DNA of 26,075 nt from Deinococcaceae bacterium (GTDB lineage Bacteria; Deinococcota; Deinococci; Deinococcales; Trueperaceae), in assembly GCA_040256005.1 (NCBI GenBank), contig JBDZWC010000032.1:1-26075 (forward strand). The letters are read 5' to 3'. Under the pieces are notes generated by a model that saw only the letters and a list, made by a program, of their open reading frames with translations, did no database searches and was not told where the DNA came from. Position 1 is the first letter of the stretch. The number at the start of each line of letters is the position of its first letter. Shown here one piece after another: positions 8,901-15,579 of this stretch. Made by a program: the position numbers and the translations under genes.

Positions 8901-11322
8901 CGGTGACGGTCTGGCCCTCGTGCCAGTACGCCGCGAGCTCGGTGGCGTCCAGTGCCAGTTCCACGCCCAGCGCTCCCGCTTCGCGAGGCACCAGCGACGC
9001 GGGGTCCGGCGGGCTGCCGAAGGCGACGGCGAGGTCGTAGCTGCCGCGTCCGGACAGCCTCAGGTGGGTCGGTTCGCCGCCAGGCAGCATGAACAGGACG
9101 GCGCCGTCCTCCGCTGCTGTGCGTCGCAGGCTGCGATCGGCGAGGACGTCGACGTTGACCGGGCCGGAGGCGGACACGTCGACCCGCAGTTCGGTGTCCG
9201 CCTCGAACACCGGCAGCCGGTAGAAGTCCGGGCCCGAGGTTTCGCCCACGAGCCCGCTCCACGACAGGTTCGCGGGCAACGGCGCGGCCTGGTCCCGAGA
9301 GTCGTTGGGCTCGTAGTCCGCCGGGTCGTACAACGGTCCGAGGAGCGTCAGGCGTAGCTGGTAGTAGCCCGTGGGCACGCCCTCCGCCTCCGGCGGCCTC
9401 AGTTCGACAGCGTGGTCACCTGCCAGGAACCGGCGCTCAGCCACCACGCGGGTCCCCGAGGCCTCCGGCACGGCGGCGTACGCTCTGCCGTCGACCACGA
9501 CAGGGATCGCCAGGTCGCCCTCGGCCGGTAAGAGTTCCAGCCGAACGTGCTGGTCGGTGTCCAGGTGGAAGCGGTAGAAGTCCCGGTCGTCGAGGGAGCT
9601 GAGCCGGCCCACGTGGGTAGCGCCCGGCTGCAGGCGGTTCGCGCGCTCGGGTCGGTCGTTGGGCTCCAGCTCGAGCTGCCCGGGCGGAGGCGGAGGCGGC
9701 GCCGGCAACGGGGCTTCCATGTCCTCATCGGCGGCATCGACAGCGTCCTCCGCCGCGGCCGGCGGGGCGGCGACCAACGCTCGATCCGGTGCCGGGGCGT
9801 CGGCGCTGGGCTCCGGAGCCGGCGCAGGACCCAGCGACAGCCCCCTCACCGCGTACGCACCCTCTCCGCCGGTGACGCGCACGAAGTGCGCGCCCGGCAG
9901 CAGGGTCAGGTCGTCGAGCCTCACGCGCCGTTCACCCGTGGATCGTGCCTGGACCTCGCCGCTGGCGCCCAGCAGCTCGACCGCTGCCACGCCCTCGCCC
10001 ACGGCCTGGATCCGGAACCGTTGTGCCTCGCCGGTCACGCGCAGGAGGAACACGTCCGAGTCCTGTGGGGCGAGCTCGCCGCGCACCTGCAGGTCGGGCC
10101 CAACCTCCGTGGCGCTGTCGACCGTGTCGTTGGGCTCGCGCTCGAAGCCGTCCGCCACCGGGGCGCCCGGGCGCAGCTCGAGCGTGTACTCTCGCTCCCT
10201 CGCGGCGGAGAGACGCAGGAAGTACGTACCTGCGCCGAGGTGCAGGCTGTCCGAGGTGCCGGTCACGCCCCTGCGCTCCTGCAACAGGGTCTCCTCGGCG
10301 TCGTAGAGCCTCAGCTCCACGACGTCCGACGCCTCGAGGACCAGGTCCCACGCGGCCTCGGCGTGCGAGTCGTCTACCTCGATGCGGAACACGTCCCTAC
10401 CTTCGAGCACGCCGGCCACGGTGCCACCCGGCTCGAGCCGCGTGGCCGTGCTGACGTCGTCGTTGGGCTCCGCCTCCACGCCGTCCGCGAACCTCCCGGC
10501 GCGCTCCAACGCGACCCTGATCGCGCTGCCAGCCGGCCAGGGAGCGTTAGGCGCGACGGTCACGACGTACTCGCCCGGTATGAGGCCGAGGTTCTTCAGC
10601 CGCACCGGCGCTGCGCCGGAACCGCTGTCTTCGGCGACCATGCCTGCGGGGCCGGTCACGGCGATGTCGGCCATGACGCCAAGGGGTACCTGCAGGGTGG
10701 CGTTCCAGGCGAACCCGGAGCCTTCTTCGTCGATCGCGAACCGGGCCTCAAGTCCCTCGCCGACCACCGCGTAGACGTCGAACTCTCCGGGGTAGGTACG
10801 ACGCGCATCGTGCTCTCGTGACGGCGGGCTGAGGTCCTGGGGCTGCAGGTGAACGACGTAATCACCCGTTCCGGTGCCGGAGACCCCCAAGACGTAGCGG
10901 CCGGGTGCCACGAGGAACTCGTCCGACTCCGACCACGAGCCGTCCCGCGTGCCGAAGCGGAGGAGGCTGTCGAACGCAGCTACGCTCTCGCCGCCGGTCG
11001 CGAACTCGACGGCGAACACATCCACCTGGGTGAGGGCGCCGCGAGGGCCCTCGATCCCCAGCGTCCATGCCCGCGTCGCGGCCGCCTCGTCCACCACCCA
11101 CGTGAAGGCGTCCTGGTCGCTCTCTGCCAGCACCCCAGCCAGGCAGACGAAAGGTGTAGCGGCGCCGCCGACCCCGGCAGCTGCGTCCGGACCGAGCCGG
11201 GTCGCCTCGGCCGGCGTATCGTTCGGCTCCACCTCCACGGTGCACTCCTGGGCCATGGCGCTGCTCGCCACGGCCAGGAAGCCACCGAGGATCACCAGCG
11301 CCGCGCGACATAGCCTCGTCAT
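5986..11322 (-). CDS. Secreted 1778-aa multidomain protein: EPND/PPC-like repeats, Ig-like, discoidin-like (F5/8C) x2, vWA x2
   Basis: Signal peptide AMA|QE. Five (E/D)xEPND motifs followed by D.D.[FY] strands; Pro-rich linker; FRIETSLDG...ARYARL and VESSLDGP...ARYLRF discoidin-like motifs; MIDAS motifs WDTSGSV...FITDA and FDASGSM...T...LITDG. Confidence 0.85.
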   Translation of the reverse strand: MTRLCRAALVILGGFLAVASSAMAQECTVEVEPNDTPAEATRLGPDAAAGVGGAATPFVCLAGVLAESDQDAFTWVVDEAAATRAWTLGIEGPRGALTQVDVFAVEFATGGESVAAFDSLLRFGTRDGSWSESDEFLVAPGRYVLGVSGTGTGDYVVHLQPQDLSPPSREHDARRTYPGEFDVYAVVGEGLEARFAIDEEGSGFAWNATLQVPLGVMADIAVTGPAGMVAEDSGSGAAPVRLKNLGLIPGEYVVTVAPNAPWPAGSAIRVALERAGRFADGVEAEPNDDVSTATRLEPGGTVAGVLEGRDVFRIEVDDSHAEAAWDLVLEASDVVELRLYDAEETLLQERRGVTGTSDSLHLGAGTYFLRLSAAREREYTLELRPGAPVADGFEREPNDTVDSATEVGPDLQVRGELAPQDSDVFLLRVTGEAQRFRIQAVGEGVAAVELLGASGEVQARSTGERRVRLDDLTLLPGAHFVRVTGGEGAYAVRGLSLGPAPAPEPSADAPAPDRALVAAPPAAAEDAVDAADEDMEAPLPAPPPPPPGQLELEPNDRPERANRLQPGATHVGRLSSLDDRDFYRFHLDTDQHVRLELLPAEGDLAIPVVVDGRAYAAVPEASGTRVVAERRFLAGDHAVELRPPEAEGVPTGYYQLRLTLLGPLYDPADYEPNDSRDQAAPLPANLSWSGLVGETSGPDFYRLPVFEADTELRVDVSASGPVNVDVLADRSLRRTAAEDGAVLFMLPGGEPTHLRLSGRGSYDLAVAFGSPPDPASLVPREAGALGVELALDATELAAYWHEGQTVTGTVTVRNDGTQAATVGLEVAGSDARVRIEAPREVEVPPGQSVAAPVRLLVPADVVDQVPLLLQAAATSAQARAVAETSVALRCEASPVGVFSYWPLPTELLGRPDALWAGFGAEPIGEDIRNRDPALIDGRTAINTGGAVGADHSPTFRLASDGPVVLVGTTLDPRADAAPERQLRGFRIETSLDGESFETVLVGELESARYEQAFLFEEPVTARYARLVFESSQGGGDGYVGEWRLIAADVRLFAGLDLSAPELGGHVVWSRPLLPSRGRDVLTPGGSVRRIDLEGYDAFAFVVGFQHGRAAQVGAIEWTDSPEARERFDRILVESSLDGPAGPWTPVGEWDLSSGLTMRADLDEPVWARYLRFTAPKPEDVRNVSAPADIAVFEAAVDGEYLSALAEWGNMSRRGPFEWSATGAAVAPPEAVDGGDDPESASRLTPGVRVSGSVAVGEDVDWYVFTVSEGENVVDLRLEGDPAIAYTYSLLDAAGRPVAFDRREDGTAVVLSAFVEAGEYYLGLEEPKRTVVFSWDTSGSVGPYRPITYSSLAAFARDVDGDREAVQVLAFNDPSPLWVLPYWSSDTERVQRAIAEFDPRRADSSNAINALLVATKALAGRDGTKAILFITDAETGGYELTEELWSALESVRPRVFTFEISSGGSDDAQDLMQDWAAVNSGRYDMTDGVGSFDAGFARASCLLRRPKRYAVEVTTGFRAPPGPGTLTVTVAEGAVGGAVEVIFDASGSMGQPLPSGEPRIEAAIRALETLVGDILPDGTPFALRAFGHVAPNSCETRLDVPLGPLDREAARAAVRAIEPKLLSQTAIADSLTLAAEDLDAAGGPRTIVLITDGAESCGGDPAAAASELRAAGDVAIAIVSLALDPESLAVFEGLAAEVGATYVDVTSYETLSQAITEALVPSFEVYDAAGALVATGRVGDTVELPMGTYSVRVLSSPVEVFDDVRVPGDGSVRVEAGSP

Positions 11323-11409
11323 GCGCTCAGGTCAGGACCGCCCGTGCGATGAAGGCGAGCTCCATCCCGCCGTCGTTCGGCGGCAGCCGCCCCGTGCGCG
11401 GAACGCGGA

Positions 11410-11997
11410 TCACATGCCCTCGTCCGAGAGGACCCGGTCGAGCGCGAACTCGCCCGCCACCTCTATCGTTTGCTCAGGGTCGGGCTCGTCGGTCCTGAGG
11501 TCCTCCACGAGGCCTAGAAGCGCGCGGAACGTGCCCGTCACCCTGTAGGTGCCGTCGTCGGACATCTCCAGCGTGGCGACGACGAGTTCGCCCTCCAGCA
11601 TGGCGTAGACGTCCTCGAGCATCGATGGGGTCGAGATGTACCTGATGTCCACCTCATCGGCGACGCAGGGGCAGTCGAGCGAACCGAGCATCCCGGACAA
11701 CAGCAGGGTTCCTTCGATCCCGTAAGCCTGTTGGGCGTGCGCCTCGACCTCGAAGCTCAGCAGCGTCACCGGGCCGAAACCCATGTTCCGCAGCCAGCTC
11801 GTTCCGTCCGCGCCTTCTTCGGCTTGAGACTGGTACTCGAGGGCGTACCAGGTGCGCTCCTCGCCGGCCAAGGTGCCGGTCACCGTACCGGTGACCGTGA
11901 ACTGCTGTGCGGTCGCGACCGAGGCTCCCAGGAAAGCGAGGCCGGCGATGACGGCCGCGGCCAACCTCCGCGCGAACCATGTCCTGCGGCGATCCAC
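11410..11997 (-). CDS. Probable independent 195-aa secreted beta-rich protein (internal start within the 1028-aa ORF)
   Basis: AAGGAGGAGGT-8 nt-GTG at 11997, then MDRRRTWFARRLAAAVIAGLAFLGASVATA|QQF, a complete Sec signal peptide. Confidence 0.7.
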   Translation of the reverse strand: MDRRRTWFARRLAAAVIAGLAFLGASVATAQQFTVTGTVTGTLAGEERTWYALEYQSQAEEGADGTSWLRNMGFGPVTLLSFEVEAHAQQAYGIEGTLLLSGMLGSLDCPCVADEVDIRYISTPSMLEDVYAMLEGELVVATLEMSDDGTYRVTGTFRALLGLVEDLRTDEPDPEQTIEVAGEFALDRVLSDEGM

Positions 11998-14496
11998 CGT
12001 CTCAGACCTCCTCCTTTTCCTGATCCGTGTCGAAGTCGTTCCCTCGCCCGCCAGAAGTGCCGCTCGGCTGATGGACGAGGGCGTCAGCAGCGCTTGGCGT
12101 GACTCGCATCGGTTGGCGTTGGTCCCCCCGGCGAAGATCAGAGTGCCGATGACCACCACGACGCTGACCACGACAGCACCTGCCAGCCCGAGCGCAAGGC
12201 CAGCGCCCAGTCCTGCGAGGAGGGCCAGCTCGACGCCAACCTTGCACATGCATGTCCGGTAAGCCTCTCCCGTGAGCCTCCAGCAGGGCTTGAGGAACTC
12301 GCTGATCAGGAGCCCCGCGACCACGCCGATGATCGAAACGCCGATGAGGGTCTCCAACTCCGCCTCTTCGGTCGCGTCCTGACCGCGTCCAGCGGCGGTG
12401 ACGCCCAGGGTCTCACCCGTCCGCGTGTCGACCCGCCACCAAGCCAGGTCAGTGCCATCTGGCAGAGGACCTTCCGGCAAGACGAGGGCGTAGCCGTTGT
12501 CCAGGTCCCTAGTGAGCGCCGGCAGCGCCGACGCCGGGACGTCAAGCGCGTCCAACGCTGCAACGTCCCCGGGCGAGACGACCAGCAGCGACCCACCCGC
12601 CGCCGTCACGGTCTCGTACGTCCCCTGGGTGATATCACCGTCACCTGCCAGACCGGCCACGAGGGCGCGCTCCAGCGCCGTCTCCCAGGCGCCCGCGAGG
12701 ACTGCACGGACGGGCGCGGTGACCACCTGGTCTCCTCTGGCCTCCAGGAAGCGGCGCCGGTTGTTGACGATGTCAACGCCGAACTCATAGGTGACGATCT
12801 CACCGGGAGTCACCGCCTGCTCGAGCGCCACGATCGTGGGTTGCGCGCGGTACGCGTGGGCGGTGACGGCCCCGCCGTCGCTTCCGCTCGGGGACGGGGC
12901 GGTGCCGCCGACGGCATCGAACCCGGCTACGAGGTTCAAGTGCGCCCGGACGCGCAGGTCCGCCAGTATCTCGGTGAGGGCAGCGTCGGCCGCTGCGTCT
13001 TCCGGTATCGGTCCCGCCGCCATCAGGCGCTCGAGAACGTCAACGTAGTTGAGCGCCTGTTCGGCTGCCTCGCGCACCACGTAGTCGGGTGAGAGACCGC
13101 CGCTGACCACGACGAAGTCGAACTGCGTGAGGATGCCGTCCAGCAACACGCTCTTGTCCTGCAGGTCGGTGCCACCATCGACTCGGGAGCGAGGTGTGAG
13201 CCGATCGAACAGGAAACGTCGATGCCGCGTCTCGTCGCCGTTGGGCCCGACGAGCGTGAAGTCGATCCATTCAGCAGTGAGTGCGACAGCCTCTTCCGTC
13301 GCGGGCCCGTCCATCCCTCCCAGGGCCCCGGCGGCCCGGCCGAACCGTTCGCCCTCCGTCTGGAACACGCCGGCCCTGCCCCCGCCGAGCACGTCGGGCG
13401 GAACGACGTTGCCGAGCAGGTCGAACGCCTGCGCGCCGGGGGGCAGCGACCCGTTCAACTGGGGCACGTAGAAAGTGACATCGGCGAGCTCGGTGCCAAG
13501 TTGGTCGATCGTCGTGCCGTCCTCGACTCCTATCGGGACGTTGCCGATGGAAAGGTTCATGCCGAACAGGTTCGCCGCCGGTATCTCCCAAGGGTCCATG
13601 AGGGGGCTCGTCTCGAGCCTCTCGCCCAGTTTCCGCTCGACGAAGACCTCGACGCGCAGTCGATGGGTCAGCTCGGCGGGTACAGCACCTTCCAGGTACC
13701 TGTCCGCGCTCACCTCCGGGGGCGTCTGGTCGGCGAACGCCGGGTGCGCCGCTTCCCAGGGGTCGTCGGCGCTCAGCCGGTACTCCACCCAGGCGTAGTC
13801 GCGTGCCTCCTCGAGCAGATCGGACGTGACGTCGCCGCCGACAGCGAGCCCGGCTGCCTCGAGACTGGCCAGGATGTCGTCACGCGCGGAGGACGCCCGT
13901 TGGTAGTCGGGGTGCGTGGTGAGGTCGAAGCTCTCCCGAGAGCGCAGCGCCTGCTCCAGCTCGGCTTGGCTCACGCCGGCCCGAGAGGCGAGATCGGCCA
14001 GTGCTCGCTCGTCAGGTGCGGAGGCAGACGTCACTCCGGACGGCCGGAACATGCTCGCCAACAGGCGGCCGGCGCCGTTCTCATCGAGCCGGCCTAGCGC
14101 GACCCTGGTCTGGTAGCCGGCGTCGCCCAGCAGATTCGCGAGGAGAACTGACTGGTCGAGCGCGTTGCCGGCCCTGGCGACGAGCGTGCCTTGCGGCCCC
14201 CGCAGGAGCCCTGCGTAGGTCTCGTAACGGATCGTCGACGTCACGTGATCCACGATGGCCGCAGCGTCCTCGAACGAAAGCGCAAGGCCGAGAGCCTCCA
14301 CGTCAACCAGCGCAGGGTCGATGGACTCCAACGCCGCAGCGGCCACTCGCCGGCGGCTCTCCAAGGTCTCCATCAACTGCGCTTCGAGATCGGCGGAACC
14401 CTGCGCGATCGCCCTAGGCGCCAGCTGGAAGGCCAGGCACACGCACAGAACGGTCGTGATGACCCTCTTCATCAGGCTCGATCCACTTGCGCCCAT
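11410..14496 (-). CDS. Secreted transglutaminase-like protein (catalytic residues substituted) with a hydrophobic C-terminal region, continuing in frame into a second secreted protein
   Basis: SD AGGAGGAG; signal peptide AIA|QG; YAGLLRGPQGTLVARAGNALDQSVLLANLL...YAWVEY...W..AHP transglutaminase-like core; two hydrophobic helices around aa 715-790. Confidence 0.75.
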   Translation of the reverse strand: MGASGSSLMKRVITTVLCVCLAFQLAPRAIAQGSADLEAQLMETLESRRRVAAAALESIDPALVDVEALGLALSFEDAAAIVDHVTSTIRYETYAGLLRGPQGTLVARAGNALDQSVLLANLLGDAGYQTRVALGRLDENGAGRLLASMFRPSGVTSASAPDERALADLASRAGVSQAELEQALRSRESFDLTTHPDYQRASSARDDILASLEAAGLAVGGDVTSDLLEEARDYAWVEYRLSADDPWEAAHPAFADQTPPEVSADRYLEGAVPAELTHRLRVEVFVERKLGERLETSPLMDPWEIPAANLFGMNLSIGNVPIGVEDGTTIDQLGTELADVTFYVPQLNGSLPPGAQAFDLLGNVVPPDVLGGGRAGVFQTEGERFGRAAGALGGMDGPATEEAVALTAEWIDFTLVGPNGDETRHRRFLFDRLTPRSRVDGGTDLQDKSVLLDGILTQFDFVVVSGGLSPDYVVREAAEQALNYVDVLERLMAAGPIPEDAAADAALTEILADLRVRAHLNLVAGFDAVGGTAPSPSGSDGGAVTAHAYRAQPTIVALEQAVTPGEIVTYEFGVDIVNNRRRFLEARGDQVVTAPVRAVLAGAWETALERALVAGLAGDGDITQGTYETVTAAGGSLLVVSPGDVAALDALDVPASALPALTRDLDNGYALVLPEGPLPDGTDLAWWRVDTRTGETLGVTAAGRGQDATEEAELETLIGVSIIGVVAGLLISEFLKPCWRLTGEAYRTCMCKVGVELALLAGLGAGLALGLAGAVVVSVVVVIGTLIFAGGTNANRCESRQALLTPSSISRAALLAGEGTTSTRIRKRRRSETVDRRRTWFARRLAAAVIAGLAFLGASVATAQQFTVTGTVTGTLAGEERTWYALEYQSQAEEGADGTSWLRNMGFGPVTLLSFEVEAHAQQAYGIEGTLLLSGMLGSLDCPCVADEVDIRYISTPSMLEDVYAMLEGELVVATLEMSDDGTYRVTGTFRALLGLVEDLRTDEPDPEQTIEVAGEFALDRVLSDEGM

Positions 14497-14542
14497 GGTC
14501 GCTCCTCCTGCTCGGTTCGTCCGGCTTGTCGTTGCTGTTCGG

Positions 14543-14574
14543 AAGCTAGCGAGCCAGCGTCAAGATGGCGTCAA
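14543..14574 (-). promoter_or_regulatory. Tandem TTGACG box B plus -10
   Basis: Minus strand reads TTGACGC catc TTGACGC tggctcgc TAGCTT. Confidence 0.7.
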
Positions 14575-14596
14575 TGGCGGCGCCGGTCCCACGGGC

Positions 14597-15223
14597 TCAC
14601 AGGCCGAAGGCGGCCAGTGGCAGGTACTCCTCGAAGTTGACCGACAGGCTCTTCACCAAGGCGACGTTCTCCGCGGGCACAGCCAGATCGGGCGCCGATG
14701 CCTCCAGGGCCGCGCCCCCTTCGGACAGGCGCGCGAGGTCGACCGCGAGAGGCGCCAAGCCTGCGGCCGCCAGTACCTGAGTGCGTACCCAGGAGTACTC
14801 GCCGAGTGAGAAGTGCTGGGCGTTGAGAGCCTCCACCTGGACCTCTTTCGCCCTGACGACCAGGCGCACGAGGTCCGCGTAGGCGATCGCGACGTCGCGT
14901 ACTGCCATCACGTCCCTGCGCCCCTCGAGCGCCGTTAGGCGCTCCTCGAGCTCGTCGCCGATGCCCCGCATCTCGCTACGAACACTGTCCGCGGCCCGCA
15001 GGTAGCGCTCGACCTGATCCCTCGTCAGCAAGCCGTCCGTGGGAGCCGTGAAGGTCGAGCGGTCGAGCAGGCGGTTCTCGATCTGCGGGATCCTGGCGAT
15101 CTCGCGGGCGGCCTGCATGGTGGCCAGCGCCGGCCTGCCCACGATCCGGTACGCGAGCACACCCCCGCCTCCCAGTACTAGGACGACGACGGCCAGGCAA
15201 CCGACGACCCAGGGCCGTTTCAC
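14597..15223 (-). CDS. N-terminally membrane-anchored helical hypothetical protein
   Basis: GTG start; KRPWVVGCLAVVVLVLGGGGVLAY TM segment followed by an amphipathic helical region; co-oriented within the cluster. Confidence 0.75.
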   Translation of the reverse strand: MKRPWVVGCLAVVVLVLGGGGVLAYRIVGRPALATMQAAREIARIPQIENRLLDRSTFTAPTDGLLTRDQVERYLRAADSVRSEMRGIGDELEERLTALEGRRDVMAVRDVAIAYADLVRLVVRAKEVQVEALNAQHFSLGEYSWVRTQVLAAAGLAPLAVDLARLSEGGAALEASAPDLAVPAENVALVKSLSVNFEEYLPLAAFGL

Positions 15224-15302
15224 GACCTACCGCCTACGGGCATGTGCCGGGGACCCGTGGAGCGGTCGCCGCGGCCCATGAACCTGGAACGATCCCGTGT
15301 CC

Positions 15303-15515
15303 TCATGCGATCCCTCCTCCGCCCGGGCGCCCGTCCTCGGTAGCTTCCAGGTCGACGCCGGGAACGTCAGTGCTCGCTTGCAGGAAAGAGCTCAGGTCGC
15401 CAAGGTCAGCGAACAGGCGCAACCGCCCGTCGGCGATGTCGCGCAGGCTGGCTCGGACGTCGCCTCGCTCGTCGTGCCACAGATGCAGCAGGAAGCGTCG
15501 GTCATCACCCGCCAT
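15303..15515 (-). CDS. Small 70-aa hypothetical protein downstream of the BTAD regulator
   Basis: SD GGAGGTG 5 nt before the ATG; FLLHLWH..G.VRASLRDIADGRLRLFADLGDLSSFL (beta-beta-beta-alpha pattern); own promoter box C. Confidence 0.7.
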   Translation of the reverse strand: MAGDDRRFLLHLWHDERGDVRASLRDIADGRLRLFADLGDLSSFLQASTDVPGVDLEATEDGRPGGGGIA

Positions 15516-15546
15516 GACATCACCTCCAGCGGTCGATCACGCGCGA

Positions 15547-15579
15547 AGGTTAGACGGCAGACCGTCAAGGGGACGTCAA
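15547..15579 (-). promoter_or_regulatory. Tandem TTGACG box C plus -10, overlapping the regulator's stop codon
   Basis: Minus strand reads TTGACGT cccc TTGACGG tctgccgtc TAACCT (9-nt spacer). The regulator TGA (15576-15578) lies in the first repeat. Confidence 0.65.

Noticed and set aside
9675..9830. Low-complexity GC-rich repeat-like stretch
   Set aside because: Encodes a Pro/Ala linker (PAPPPPPP) of the vWA protein; not a DNA repeat element.
11327..11365. 12-codon minus-strand ORF MELAFIARAVLT ending 4 nt before the 1778-aa gene
   Set aside because: It could supply translational coupling since the big gene lacks an SD, but it has no clear SD or informative codons; insufficient evidence.
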